64,000 nt of DNA from an uncultured Candidatus Saccharibacteria bacterium (lineage in GTDB: Bacteria > Patescibacteriota > Saccharimonadia > Saccharimonadales > Saccharimonadaceae). The notes beneath the pieces were generated by a model that saw only the letters and a program-made list of their open reading frames with translations, ran no database searches and was not told the DNA's origin. A program made the translations under genes and the position numbers. Position 1 is the first letter of the stretch. Each line of letters starts with the position of its first letter. Below, in pieces: positions 45,368 to 55,154 of the stretch. The stretch lies in assembly GCA_964633435.1 (NCBI GenBank), contig CAZWHA010000003.1, positions 18,819 to 82,818 on the forward strand, given 5' to 3'.

Positions 45368-46711
45368 ATGGAACAGATTATCAGTTTAGCAAAACGGCGC
45401 GGGTTTGTTTATCCCGGCAGCGAGATATATGGTGGCGAGGCGGGGCTGTATGATTTCGGACCCTATGGAGTTGAGCTGCTGAATAATATCAAAAAGTCAT
45501 GGTGGCGACGTAATGTTCAGTTGAAAGAGGACTACGTTGGTCTGGACAGTGCGATGTTCAAAAATCCAAAAGTTTGGGAGGCGAGCGGGCATGTCGGTGG
45601 TTTTTCTGATCCACTAGCAGAGTGCAAGAATTGCAATGCGCGCATCCGCGTCGACAAAGAGTTGGGCGCTATTGGCGTTGTGGCTGATGAGAAAATGAGC
45701 GAAGCGGAACTGAACGCATTGTTTGACGAGCATCGCAGCGAAATTAAGTGTCCAGTGTGTGGTGAAAAAGATTTTTCAGAGGTGCGAGCATTTAATTTGC
45801 TGGTCAAATCAAACCTCGGTGATTTTACTGGACGCGATGAACGCCCAGTGTATCTACCGGGCGAAGCCTGTCAGGGGATTTACTTGAATTTCAAAAATGT
45901 GGTGGATAGCACGCGCATGAAAATTCCGTTTGGCATCGCGCAAATTGGCAAGGCATTTCGCAATGAAATCAGCCCGCGTAATTTTCTGTTTCGTACCCGC
46001 GAATTCGAGCAGGCCGATACGCAGTTTTTTGTACGGCCAAACGAAAATAAAGAGGCGTACGAGCGCATCAAAGCAGACCGATTTGCCTGGTATACTGATG
46101 ATCTGGGCATTAACCCCGAAAAATTGCGCTGGAGTCAGCATGAAAACCTGGTGTTTTATGCCAAGGACGCATGGGATATCGAGTACGACTTTCCGAGCTA
46201 TGGCTTTGACGAAGTCGAAGGCATTCATGATCGCAGTGATTATGATTTGTCGCAGCACATGAAATTTTCGGGCACCAATCTGGAATATACCGATCCATAT
46301 ACGCAGGAAAAATATATTCCATGGATTCTCGAGACGTCGATGGGCCTTGGTCGAGCATTTTTGATGGTATTGTCTGATGCATACACCGAGGAAACGACTG
46401 ATAATGGCGATACGCGTGTTGTGTTGAAGCTAAAGCCGGAACTTGCGCCGGTGCAATACGCGGTGTTTCCACTACTGAAGAACAAGCCAGAATTGGTCGC
46501 AAAAGCCCGCGAAGTTTTTATGGAGCTGTCGAAAAAATACTCGTGCGAGTGGGATGATAACGGCAATATTGGCAAGCGCTATCGCCGTCAGGACGAAATC
46601 GGTACACCGCACTGCATTGTGATTGATTTTGATACGTTAGAGGATGGCACAGTGACGGTTCGTGATCGTGACACGACCGAGCAGCGGCGGGTGAAGGCTA
46701 GCGAATTGTGA
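45368..46711 (+). CDS. glyQS: glycyl-tRNA synthetase (alpha2 dimer type)
   Basis: LAKRRGFVYPGSEIYGG..GLYDFGPYGVELLNNIKKSWW N-terminus, class II motifs, C-terminal anticodon-binding domain. Confidence 0.95.
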   Translation: MEQIISLAKRRGFVYPGSEIYGGEAGLYDFGPYGVELLNNIKKSWWRRNVQLKEDYVGLDSAMFKNPKVWEASGHVGGFSDPLAECKNCNARIRVDKELGAIGVVADEKMSEAELNALFDEHRSEIKCPVCGEKDFSEVRAFNLLVKSNLGDFTGRDERPVYLPGEACQGIYLNFKNVVDSTRMKIPFGIAQIGKAFRNEISPRNFLFRTREFEQADTQFFVRPNENKEAYERIKADRFAWYTDDLGINPEKLRWSQHENLVFYAKDAWDIEYDFPSYGFDEVEGIHDRSDYDLSQHMKFSGTNLEYTDPYTQEKYIPWILETSMGLGRAFLMVLSDAYTEETTDNGDTRVVLKLKPELAPVQYAVFPLLKNKPELVAKAREVFMELSKKYSCEWDDNGNIGKRYRRQDEIGTPHCIVIDFDTLEDGTVTVRDRDTTEQRRVKASEL

Positions 46712-47271
46712 TGCGCTATAGTTTATATCCTCATGCCGGCGAAGTTCCCTATAGCGACTGGGCTGATCGGGGAATAGAGGTTCCTGTTTTTGACAAGGAT
46801 GGAACGTTGGGGCCGCTCGACAGTCTGATTCTGGATCCGACAGTAATAGAGGGAATGAAAAAGCAAGAGATGCCTGATATTTTTCCACGGATTGCCATTG
46901 TTTCCAATAACAGCGATCCCTGGCATGTCGATGAATTTGCAGGTGCTTTGAGGCGTCGTCTCGGTGTCGGTGTCTATGCAGTTGCCAAGGGTCATGGCTA
47001 CAAGGGCAAACCGCATCCTGAAATGGGCCACGTCGTTGCTCGGGGGTTTGGCGTTCAGCCGGATCAGTTAGGTGTAATTGGCGATAGACTATGGACCGAT
47101 GTAGTTTTTGGCCACCGTGTCGGGGTGGGGGCAGTAGCCTTAACAACTAAAGTTGGTGAGGGTGACGCGCCCCTGGTACCGACTTTGCGGAGACTCGAAG
47201 ATCTAGTGATACGCCTCGATACAATACGTGGCCACGCTACGCCGCACGTCCCAAGTGAAATAGAGGAATAA
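46708..47271 (+). CDS. HAD-IIIA phosphatase, YqeG-like
   Basis: Motif I VFDKDGTL and motif IV GDRLWTDV. Confidence 0.75.
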   Translation: MMRYSLYPHAGEVPYSDWADRGIEVPVFDKDGTLGPLDSLILDPTVIEGMKKQEMPDIFPRIAIVSNNSDPWHVDEFAGALRRRLGVGVYAVAKGHGYKGKPHPEMGHVVARGFGVQPDQLGVIGDRLWTDVVFGHRVGVGAVALTTKVGEGDAPLVPTLRRLEDLVIRLDTIRGHATPHVPSEIEE

Positions 47272-47273
47272 TT

Positions 47274-48002
47274 ATGACCGTCGGCATTGTTGGTTTCGGT
47301 AGCTTTGGCAAATTTATGGCTGAAAAGCTGAGCTCGCATGGTGTGGTCAAAGTTTATGATCGGCGCGAGCGGCCAACGACCTGGCAGGCTAGTTTCGATG
47401 AGGTCGCAGTCTGTGACTATGTGGTGCTATCGGTGCCACTTGACGCTTATCCGGAAACGTTGCAGCGTTTGGCTGCTTTTATGCCGCTGAATAGTGTGTT
47501 AATCGACGTTTGCTCAGTCAAAGAGCGTCCGATCGAACTGATTCGCCAGTATTTGCCGGAGCAACCATTGGTCGCCACTCATCCGCTGTTTGGCCCCGAA
47601 TCGGCTAGCGGCTCGCTGCGTGGCAAAACTATGGTAATGTGCCCAGAAATCTCTAATCCTGAGGCATATGCGAAGATAAAAGATTTTGCCGAAAAACTAG
47701 AGTTATCCGTTGTTGAGATGAGTGCCACCGAACATGATCGTGAGATGGCGGTGGTGCAGGGATTAACTTTTTTCATCGCGCGAACGTTGGATGACATGAA
47801 ACTACGCGGTCAGCGGTTGTCGACGCCATCATTCGAGCGACTGTTGCATCTAGCCGAACTAGAACAGCATCATTCAACGGAATTGTTTCGAACTATTCAA
47901 CAGGGCAATGTACATACGCGAGCAGTGCGACAGGCTTTCTTGGACGCAGCTCGAACGATCGATGATACTTTGGATAACAGAGGGAAAGACGAGGCGATGT
48001 AA
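47274..48002 (+). CDS. tyrA: prephenate/arogenate dehydrogenase
   Basis: Rossmann VGIVGFGSFGKFMA and THPLFGPES. Confidence 0.8.
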   Translation: MTVGIVGFGSFGKFMAEKLSSHGVVKVYDRRERPTTWQASFDEVAVCDYVVLSVPLDAYPETLQRLAAFMPLNSVLIDVCSVKERPIELIRQYLPEQPLVATHPLFGPESASGSLRGKTMVMCPEISNPEAYAKIKDFAEKLELSVVEMSATEHDREMAVVQGLTFFIARTLDDMKLRGQRLSTPSFERLLHLAELEQHHSTELFRTIQQGNVHTRAVRQAFLDAARTIDDTLDNRGKDEAM

Positions 48003-48721
48003 TGCAGAAAGTTTTACTCCTCCAGTCCCGACCAGAACTAGAGGCCAACGATGATGAATTTCGGGCCTTTTGCCGATTCGGTGGGCTGGATGAGTCCCAA
48101 GTCGTTCGTTTGCAGATGCACGAAACGCAGCCAGCAGTTGATGTGAATGATTTTTCGGCTGTGTTGATGGGTGGCGGTCCGGCCAATTTTGCCTACGATG
48201 ATGACCATAAATCGTCCGAGCAAAAGGCCTTTGAGCCGTGGTTGTGGCGGTTGCTCGATCAGATCGTAGCCGAGGACAAGCCGTTTTTCGGGGCGTGCTT
48301 AGGTTTGGGTGCGCTGGTAACCCATGCTGGCGGACGCATGAGTTTCGAAGCTAGTGAACCAGTTGGCGCAGTTAACATTCGCCTCGTCGCCCAAGATCCG
48401 ATTCTGGCTAATATTCCACGGAACTTTGCGGCCTTTGTGGGTCACAAAGAGGGTGCTAGGGAAGTTCCAACGAGCTTGACCGTCCTAGCTCGGAACAATA
48501 CGTGTGTGCAAATGGTGCGTCGTGGCCAAAATATCTACGGCACGCAGTTTCATCCCGAACTTGATCCCGCGGGGCTAGAGTTGCGCATCAATACCTATCG
48601 TCACGCTGGCTATTTTGCACCCGAAGAAGCCGATGAATTAATTGCAGCTGGTTGGCAGTCGGGCGTCGACGACGCGCCAACTAATACCTTACGCGCTTTT
48701 GTCAGACGGCATATTTTGTGA
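48002..48721 (+). CDS. class I glutamine amidotransferase
   Basis: Nucleophile elbow FFGACLGLGAL and GTQFHPE (His/Glu). Confidence 0.8.
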   Translation: MQKVLLLQSRPELEANDDEFRAFCRFGGLDESQVVRLQMHETQPAVDVNDFSAVLMGGGPANFAYDDDHKSSEQKAFEPWLWRLLDQIVAEDKPFFGACLGLGALVTHAGGRMSFEASEPVGAVNIRLVAQDPILANIPRNFAAFVGHKEGAREVPTSLTVLARNNTCVQMVRRGQNIYGTQFHPELDPAGLELRINTYRHAGYFAPEEADELIAAGWQSGVDDAPTNTLRAFVRRHIL

Positions 48722-48725
48722 TATG

Positions 48726-48754
48726 TTGTATTTTAATCAATTTTATGCTATAAT
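48726..48754 (+). promoter_or_regulatory. promoter TTGTAT-17-TATAAT, 6 nt before ATG 48761; copy 2 of the duplicated promoter cassette
   Basis: The 25-mer at 48730..48754 is identical to 8540..8564, with the same distance to the start codon. Confidence 0.7.
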
Positions 48755-48760
48755 AAAAAT

Positions 48761-49453
48761 ATGATAGATCGTCTAGATCGTCAGATAGATAGCCAGACAG
48801 GCTCGGGCAACTTTGCTGATGGTATAGTTGATAGGTTGAGGGATATTACCTTTGTCGCGTTGGGTATGACTGTGGCGACAGTGGTGGGACTAGGGCCAAA
48901 GGCTCAGAATGGGCAACCGGTGCCGCCTAGGCTAGATCTCGGACAGGCTTTTAATCAGGATGCGGTGAGTAAACAGCCATTGCCCGTTGTGGACATGGCC
49001 AATATCTGTAACCAGCTGGGTACGACACGTGATGCTGTCGCTGATGTACACGGGCTCGACTCGGCTGCGGCGGATCGACTGTTTGCAGCGATCAACGCTA
49101 CAACTGGACAGAAATTTCTGTCCAGTAGCGATCATTTCCCCAAGATTTATGATGGCATTAATCCGTTCCAGAATGGCGCTAAGGTTACTACAGAGATCGG
49201 CTTAATTGATCATCAGCCGCATGTGGGCTATGTAGACGTCGATGGCGGTGGCGTGAGGCGTCGTGGCCAACTCTTTGTTTATGACGAGGCTCGCTCGCCT
49301 GGTGAGGATATGCCGAGATGTTCGGATCATAAGTGGGTGATCGCGGTTGAATTTACGAATCCTGCTGACCAAAAGCTACCGTTTGCCCAGAGGTTACAGC
49401 GTTTTATGGAGCTCGTGGACGGCGCTACTGGCTTTCAAGAGCGTCTACGCTGA
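48761..49453 (+). CDS. hypothetical protein with an N-terminal hydrophobic anchor
   Basis: 230 aa ORF; ITFVALGMTVATVVGLG hydrophobic segment; no family recognised. Confidence 0.5.
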   Translation: MIDRLDRQIDSQTGSGNFADGIVDRLRDITFVALGMTVATVVGLGPKAQNGQPVPPRLDLGQAFNQDAVSKQPLPVVDMANICNQLGTTRDAVADVHGLDSAAADRLFAAINATTGQKFLSSSDHFPKIYDGINPFQNGAKVTTEIGLIDHQPHVGYVDVDGGGVRRRGQLFVYDEARSPGEDMPRCSDHKWVIAVEFTNPADQKLPFAQRLQRFMELVDGATGFQERLR

Positions 49454-49499
49454 CACCTAAACTTCCTGAATGAGCTATTATCATATACAATAGAAGCAC

Positions 49500-49886
49500 A
49501 TGAAATACGAAGGCACTAAACTACACGATTTTGAACCGCGGAGCGAAGCGGTGAGCGAACTAGAAATTACTGATATCGAGATTGGCGATGGGGAAGAGGT
49601 CAAGCCAGGTGCGACGATTACTGCGCATTATACTGGCGCACTAGTAAAAAACGGTATTATTTTCCAGAGCAGTTTTGACTTTGGTAATCCGATCTCGTTC
49701 GGACTGGATCAGGTGATCAAAGGCTGGACCGATGGCGTTCCAGGTATGAAAGTTGGTGGTACGCGTCGCCTCGTCATTCCGGCAGCTCAGGCCTATGGCG
49801 CGGCTAGTCCGGCGAGCAATATTCCGGCCAACAGTGATCTGGTCTTTGATATAGCTCTGACAGCAATCCCGCGTAACGGGGAATAG
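49500..49886 (+). CDS. FKBP-type peptidyl-prolyl cis-trans isomerase
   Basis: HYTGALV.NG..F.SS.....P..F.L.QVIKGW..G..GMKVGG.R.L.IP...AYG. Confidence 0.9.
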   Translation: MKYEGTKLHDFEPRSEAVSELEITDIEIGDGEEVKPGATITAHYTGALVKNGIIFQSSFDFGNPISFGLDQVIKGWTDGVPGMKVGGTRRLVIPAAQAYGAASPASNIPANSDLVFDIALTAIPRNGE

Positions 49887-49894
49887 TCATAACT

Positions 49895-50491
49895 ATGCAG
49901 GCCGAGATTGAAGCTAAATTTATCCAAGTTGATCATGACGCGATTCGCCAGCAATTGAAAAGTCTAGGCGGGGTATGCAACCAGCCGATGCGATTGATGC
50001 GGCGAATAGTTTTTGTAAATGAAGCGCTGACTAGTCGTTATGGTTGGTTGCGGGTGCGGGACGAGGGCGATAAAACAACGCTGTCCTATAAACAGCGCGA
50101 TAATCTGGATATCCATGGTACCAAAGAAATTGAAACAGCCGTCGAAGATTTTGAGGCAGCCGTACAGATTATCCGCCAAGCGGGCGATTGGAACGAATCG
50201 TATCAAGAGTCAAAGCGTGAAACCTGGCGCCTGGACGAAGTAGAGGTGGTGCTCGATGAGTGGCCGTGGCTCGATCCGCTGATTGAGATCGAGGGGCCGA
50301 GCGCCGAATCGGTCGAAGCGGTAGCAAGCAAACTTGGTTTCGACATAAAGGACGCTGTTTATGGCAGTGTCATGAGTGCTTATCGTCGGCAATATCCTAA
50401 TTTAGATGACAACTTCAAAATCGGTGATTTGACACAGGTAAAATTCGACGATCCAGTGCCGATGTCTATTGCGGCCGCTAGCAAAGATTAA
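49895..50491 (+). CDS. CYTH-domain protein (class IV adenylate cyclase / triphosphatase fold)
   Basis: N-terminal ExExK (AEIEAKF); 198 aa. Confidence 0.75.
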   Translation: MQAEIEAKFIQVDHDAIRQQLKSLGGVCNQPMRLMRRIVFVNEALTSRYGWLRVRDEGDKTTLSYKQRDNLDIHGTKEIETAVEDFEAAVQIIRQAGDWNESYQESKRETWRLDEVEVVLDEWPWLDPLIEIEGPSAESVEAVASKLGFDIKDAVYGSVMSAYRRQYPNLDDNFKIGDLTQVKFDDPVPMSIAAASKD

Positions 50492-51303
50492 TAAATTCCG
50501 AGCACTACAACATCGTTGCCAATCAGTCCTAGATCGGCGACGAGTTCCGGTACTTGACTGGGCGTTGTTTCGAGGTCAAGATAGAACCGATAGCGCCACT
50601 TTTCGCCGATCACTGGACGTGACTGTAGTTTTGTTAAGTTGACTTGGTGCGAGACAAAAATACCGAGGGCTTCGTAAAGGGCACCGGGTTGGTGATTAGT
50701 CGTCAAAATGATGCTAGCTTTACCTGCGGGGGTGCCCTTCACTAATTGGCGGTGAGCCTCGGGCGTTTTTGACAGAGCCACGAAACGGGTAAAGTTAACC
50801 GGATTATCCTCGATCTGGTCGTCGAGTATGTGCGCCTCATATAATTCGGCGGCGGCCCGACTGGCGATAGCGGCGAGGTTAGGGTTATTTTGTTCGATAA
50901 TGTGGCGCACAGCGGCAGCGGTGTCTTCGAATTCGACTTTTTCAGCGTTCGGCAAATTCTGGGCTAGATAGTTCTCGCACTGGGCGAGTGCTACGGGATG
51001 AGAATAGACTTCCGTGATATCAGACGCCGTGACATCGGGCAACGTGATCAGATTTTGATGGATCGATAATTCCGTCTCGGCGAAAATTTGCGCATCGGAT
51101 TTTTCCAGCAAATCGTATACTTCGTTAATGCTGCCATACAGAGAATTTTCGATGGCTACTAGACCCAGGTTTTGGTTGTTTAGGCTAGCGAAAACCTTAT
51201 GAAAACTGGGGCAGGGCACGATCTCGATATCGGACCCAAATAGTTTCATGGCGGCTTCGTGGTGGAACGAGCCGAGCTCGCCCTGGATTAATATCTGTTG
51301 CAT
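50488..51303 (-). CDS. pheA: prephenate dehydratase with a C-terminal ACT domain
   Basis: ILIQGELGSFHHEAA N-terminus, ACT region with GALYEALGIF and the LTKLQSRP (ESRP-like) motif. ATG 51303 preferred over the track start 51339. Confidence 0.85.
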   Translation of the reverse strand: MQQILIQGELGSFHHEAAMKLFGSDIEIVPCPSFHKVFASLNNQNLGLVAIENSLYGSINEVYDLLEKSDAQIFAETELSIHQNLITLPDVTASDITEVYSHPVALAQCENYLAQNLPNAEKVEFEDTAAAVRHIIEQNNPNLAAIASRAAAELYEAHILDDQIEDNPVNFTRFVALSKTPEAHRQLVKGTPAGKASIILTTNHQPGALYEALGIFVSHQVNLTKLQSRPVIGEKWRYRFYLDLETTPSQVPELVADLGLIGNDVVVLGIY

Positions 51304-51404
51304 GAGAAATATCATAACACACAAGGAGCTTGTCATCATAAAAACTCCGCTGCGAGGCGAGGTGATATCACGAAAAAAAGCCAGATAAATCTGACTTTCT
51401 TTCG

Positions 51405-51481
51405 TGGTATGCCCGATACGATTCGAACGTACGACCTTTGGCTCCGCAAGCCAACGCTCTATCCAGCTGAGCTACGGGCAC
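51405..51481 (-). tRNA. tRNA-Arg (anticodon GCG), CCA encoded
   Basis: Hand-folded cloverleaf: acceptor GUGCCCG/CGGGCAU, D stem GCUC/GAGC, anticodon stem UUGGC/GCCAA with loop UUGCGGA, T arm GUACG-UUCGAAU-CGUAU, then A-CCA. Confidence 0.9.
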
Positions 51482-51497
51482 ATAAAATAACCCGTTA

Positions 51498-51526
51498 ATT
51501 ATAGCAGTCACGGCCACATAATGCAA
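51498..51526 (-). promoter_or_regulatory. tRNA promoter TTGCAT-17-TATAAT (minus strand)
   Basis: Plus-strand attata 51498..51503 and atgcaa 51521..51526; about 16 nt upstream of the mature 5' end. Confidence 0.65.
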
Positions 51527-51592
51527 GGTTTGACCGCGATCTTCTTCTGTAGTAAACTATAGTAATAGAGCTAACGTTTAGCTGAAAATAGA

Positions 51593-52591
51593 ATGGCGAA
51601 AAAGCAGGCGAATTATACCAAGTGGTTACTGATAGGATTCCTGTCAGTAATAATTGGTGCACCCAATGGCACCATTATTAAAAGCACCTTGGGGGAAATC
51701 GACAGTACGACCTTTACCTTTTTGAAATTTGCCATGATGTTTGTGATATTTTTGCCAGTGGTTATTTCATTCTTGCTCAGGCATAAAAAAGTACTACAGA
51801 AAAACGCCCGTAGTCTAACCATCTCAGTCATTGGAACTGTGGTGAGTGTCATTGTATTTTATAAAGCCATTGAATATAGCGCGGCGAGCTACGCGTCGAT
51901 TATCTCGTTGCTGTCGCCGATTGTTTTGGTTATTATGTCAGCTAAATTAATCAGGGAAAGGGTGGGGCCAAGGGCATTGGCGGGCATTACGTTGGCGGCC
52001 ATCGGTGGTTTGTTGGTGGTGGCGGTGCCGGCGTTTTTCCATGGCTCGGCGGCGTCAGTGTTTTATCCGCTAGCGACAATTCTGGTATTAATTAATTGTA
52101 TATCGTCACCACTGTCGGTTATTTATCAGCGCAAAGCCAACGAGGGTGGCGTGTCTTTTTCGGTGTATGCCGGATTATCGGCCCTGGCAACGGCGGTGGC
52201 GGCGCTCGTGATGTCGTGGCTGGAGAACGGTCCCGGCGAAATCATTGCTCAGACTGCCGGATTGTCGCTGTGGGGCTGGCTAGGCATTGTCTATAGTGCC
52301 TTTGTCGTCTCTTTTGCCTCTCGATCGCTATGGATCGTCGCTTATCAGCGCATGGGGTCGACGGTGTCGGGTGGCTTGTCCTATCTAGAGACGCTACTCG
52401 CCATTGCCTTGCCAATTATTTTACTAGGTGAAAAATTATCTCTGGAATTGGTCACCGGAGCGTTGCTGATTCTACTCGGTATTTATGTTGCGGAATCGCG
52501 GCCGAGGCGAACCAAGCCCAAGTCCAAGAGGAAAGCGTCGCATCACACCATGCGATCGCATTATCTGCAAAACCGTCATCATTTACGCTAG
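51593..52591 (+). CDS. EamA/DMT-family transporter
   Basis: About 10 TM segments in two similar halves, basic C-terminal tail. Confidence 0.75.
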   Translation: MAKKQANYTKWLLIGFLSVIIGAPNGTIIKSTLGEIDSTTFTFLKFAMMFVIFLPVVISFLLRHKKVLQKNARSLTISVIGTVVSVIVFYKAIEYSAASYASIISLLSPIVLVIMSAKLIRERVGPRALAGITLAAIGGLLVVAVPAFFHGSAASVFYPLATILVLINCISSPLSVIYQRKANEGGVSFSVYAGLSALATAVAALVMSWLENGPGEIIAQTAGLSLWGWLGIVYSAFVVSFASRSLWIVAYQRMGSTVSGGLSYLETLLAIALPIILLGEKLSLELVTGALLILLGIYVAESRPRRTKPKSKRKASHHTMRSHYLQNRHHLR

Positions 52592-52614
52592 ATCGGTATG
52601 ATAGAATGGTACTC

Positions 52615-53061
52615 ATGATAACGTACTATACCGATGGTAGCGCTAGTCCGAACCCCGGCCCGGGCGGTTTCGCGGTGATTAAAAATGGCCAGCCATGGCT
52701 CGTTGGCGGGGAGGTCGAATCGGTTGAAACAACCAATATTCGCATGGAAGGTCTGGCGCTGCTGGCGGCTATTAAGGATGCTGCGGGTGAGCCCTGTCAG
52801 ATCTATTCGGATAGTGAGTTTTGGATCAATGTCCTGACCAAGTGGGCGCCAGTGTGGCAGGCCAACCACTGGACGAAAAAGGGTGGTATCAAGAATCTCG
52901 ATATTGTACAAACACTCTTTGCTGAATATCAAAATTCGTCAGCGACGTTGACCTGGACCCGTGGTCATGTCGGCACCGAGCTGAATGAGCTAGCGGACGA
53001 GTGGGCGAACAAAGCACGCGAACAGAGCGTTCGCGGTGTGGCGAGGGTGAAGTCAAATTGA
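52615..53061 (+). CDS. rnhA: ribonuclease HI
   Basis: YTDGSASPNPGPGGFAVI (DEDD Asp1), E in NIRMEGLALL, SDSEF, HVGTELNELADEWA. ATG 52615 lies 7 nt after TAGAAT 52602..52607. Confidence 0.9.
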   Translation: MITYYTDGSASPNPGPGGFAVIKNGQPWLVGGEVESVETTNIRMEGLALLAAIKDAAGEPCQIYSDSEFWINVLTKWAPVWQANHWTKKGGIKNLDIVQTLFAEYQNSSATLTWTRGHVGTELNELADEWANKAREQSVRGVARVKSN

Positions 53062-53076
53062 TGTATACTAGATAGC

Positions 53077-54036
53077 ATGGATGAACAAACTACAAAACCA
53101 GTTGATATTTTTGAGTGGGCAAATAACGCGGAGCGCTTTAAAAAAGATTTTGACGTTGAATTTTTCCTTGTCAACAAACGCTACACCGTGTATCATTTGC
53201 CAATGTCGGCCGACCTGAAGCCGCAAGTCGGGCCAGTTTTCCTGCTAGAGATTTTAAACGAAGTTGAAAAGGGCGCTGGACTAGGTTTAGAAGCGCGACC
53301 CTTCGAAGAGAGCGAGGCCGAAGACGGCGTGCTGTTGTGGTCGACCTGCGAGCGTGTCGCCAATGCAAAATTGGTACTAGATCAAATCGAGACCTCCCGG
53401 AGTGCTGTCGAAACGTTTAACGAATATGACCACGAGTTCAAAACCATGAAAATGATCGTGGCACGCTTTTCGCATAAAGGCCAAACACCGTTTTATATTG
53501 TCAAGCAAGTCACCGGATCCAGCTCGCTCAGCGAACGCAACGCCTGGCAAGTGTCGCAAGACGGCAAATTGTCGGCGCTCGAACCGGCCGCCGCATTCAA
53601 GATTGCGACTGACAACCAAGTATTGATCGTTGATCAGCAAATCTTTGCCTTTAATCCAAAAAAGTTCGAGGCGATCTTTAGCTATAGCTACAAAAAACAA
53701 GCCATCGCGGACAAGAAGGTCGAGCAGATTCTGGATCGCTATCAGTTGAATTTTCCAGAGGGCCAAGACCTTAATACGATGATTGCTGGTCGTGCTAAAT
53801 CGATCAACAAACTGCAAAATCTCGAGCTCGGCGCCAAAACCCAAGAGGAAATTGTGCAGTACAGTGAAAATATGGCGCTAGATCTAATGACCGCTGATGA
53901 CGGCGCGATTATTATCCTCGATGGGCGCGACGTCGATACCTTTGTTAGCCTGTTAAACGACGACTATATGACCAGCGATCTGACTGGTTTGCGCTACGAG
54001 ATCAAAGGTAAAAAGTTGTTGAAGGGTGAGGATTAG
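53077..54036 (+). CDS. DUF4868 / KwaB-like protein (Kiwa defence component-like), orphan
   Basis: 319 aa. From memory, the mid region (NQVLIVDQQIFAFNPKKFEAIFSY) and C-terminal FVSLLNDDYMTSDLTGLRYEIKGK resemble the KwaB/DUF4868 signature. No KwaA-like gene is adjacent. Needs an HMM check. Confidence 0.45.
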   Translation: MDEQTTKPVDIFEWANNAERFKKDFDVEFFLVNKRYTVYHLPMSADLKPQVGPVFLLEILNEVEKGAGLGLEARPFEESEAEDGVLLWSTCERVANAKLVLDQIETSRSAVETFNEYDHEFKTMKMIVARFSHKGQTPFYIVKQVTGSSSLSERNAWQVSQDGKLSALEPAAAFKIATDNQVLIVDQQIFAFNPKKFEAIFSYSYKKQAIADKKVEQILDRYQLNFPEGQDLNTMIAGRAKSINKLQNLELGAKTQEEIVQYSENMALDLMTADDGAIIILDGRDVDTFVSLLNDDYMTSDLTGLRYEIKGKKLLKGED

Positions 54037-54056
54037 TCTAGGGGACGGTACTGATA

Positions 54057-55067
54057 ATGGAAAAGGTCCTGGGCGCAAAGATAGTCGTGATCGGCGGCGG
54101 TACCGGCTCATTCGTGGTGCTGTCGGGGTTAAAGAATTACGCTACTGATATAACAGCGCTCGTGAGCATGGCCGACGATGGTGGCTCGACGGGACAGCTG
54201 CGTGATGAGTTAGGTGTGTTGCCGCCCGGCGATGTGCGTCAGTGTTTAGTGGCACTCAGCAGTTCGCCGCGAGCGCGGGAGCTGTTTAACTATCGTTTTG
54301 ACAAGGGCAGCCTGAGCGGTCATGCCTTTGGTAATCTGTTTCTGACGGCGCTGGAGAAAATGACTGGTAGCTTCGTATCGGCAGTTGATCTGGCTGAGGA
54401 AGTGCTGCGTGTCGAGGGCCGGGTTCTGCCAATCACGCTCGACGATATTGTGCTGACGGTGAAATCGGGCCGCCATACCTACAAGGGTCAATTTATGGTG
54501 TCGCATCAAACGTTCACTTCGAAAACTCGTCCTAAAATCGGTGTGCAGAAAAAATCTGGCGGCCGAGTCAAGGCTAACCCAGAGGCTATCAAAGCTATCG
54601 AAGCGGCTGATCTGGTGGTGATTGCCCCAGGTAATCTGTACGGCTCGCTGGCGCCAGTGCTGGTAACGCCAGGCATCGGTCAGGCGCTGCGGCAGACCAA
54701 GGCTCGAACTCTGTATGTCACTAATCTCGTGACCAAGCCGGGCCAAACCGATAGCTTTATGGTACATGATTTTGCGGCTGAGATCGAACGAATGGCAGGC
54801 GGCGAGTTTCTGGATTATGTGATCTATAACGTTCATCAGCCCTCGAAAATCCTGCTGGAAAAGTATGCCGCCAGTGGGGAATTGCCGGTCGAAATTGACG
54901 CGGCAGTGCTAAAGCAGCAACATTATTGCGCTAAAGGTGCTGAACTATTGGCTGGTCAGATCTGGCATAATCCCAACGACAAAGACCCGATTGCCGCTAC
55001 GCGAACACTGATCCGACACGATCCAGATGCTGTCGCCAGGGCAATTATGAAGATCTACTTTTCCTAA
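54057..55067 (+). CDS. yvcK: YvcK/CofD-family protein (gluconeogenesis factor, UPF0052)
   Basis: VVIGGGTGSFVVLSGLK and MADDGGSTGQLRDELGVLPPGDVRQCLVAL. Confidence 0.9.
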   Translation: MEKVLGAKIVVIGGGTGSFVVLSGLKNYATDITALVSMADDGGSTGQLRDELGVLPPGDVRQCLVALSSSPRARELFNYRFDKGSLSGHAFGNLFLTALEKMTGSFVSAVDLAEEVLRVEGRVLPITLDDIVLTVKSGRHTYKGQFMVSHQTFTSKTRPKIGVQKKSGGRVKANPEAIKAIEAADLVVIAPGNLYGSLAPVLVTPGIGQALRQTKARTLYVTNLVTKPGQTDSFMVHDFAAEIERMAGGEFLDYVIYNVHQPSKILLEKYAASGELPVEIDAAVLKQQHYCAKGAELLAGQIWHNPNDKDPIAATRTLIRHDPDAVARAIMKIYFS

Positions 55068-55154
55068 AAACTCATACGAAATCCATGCAACCAATCAGAT
55101 AAATGCCTATTAAGCGGTACTTTTCCACAGCTTTGCTGTAATTTTGTCACGAAA

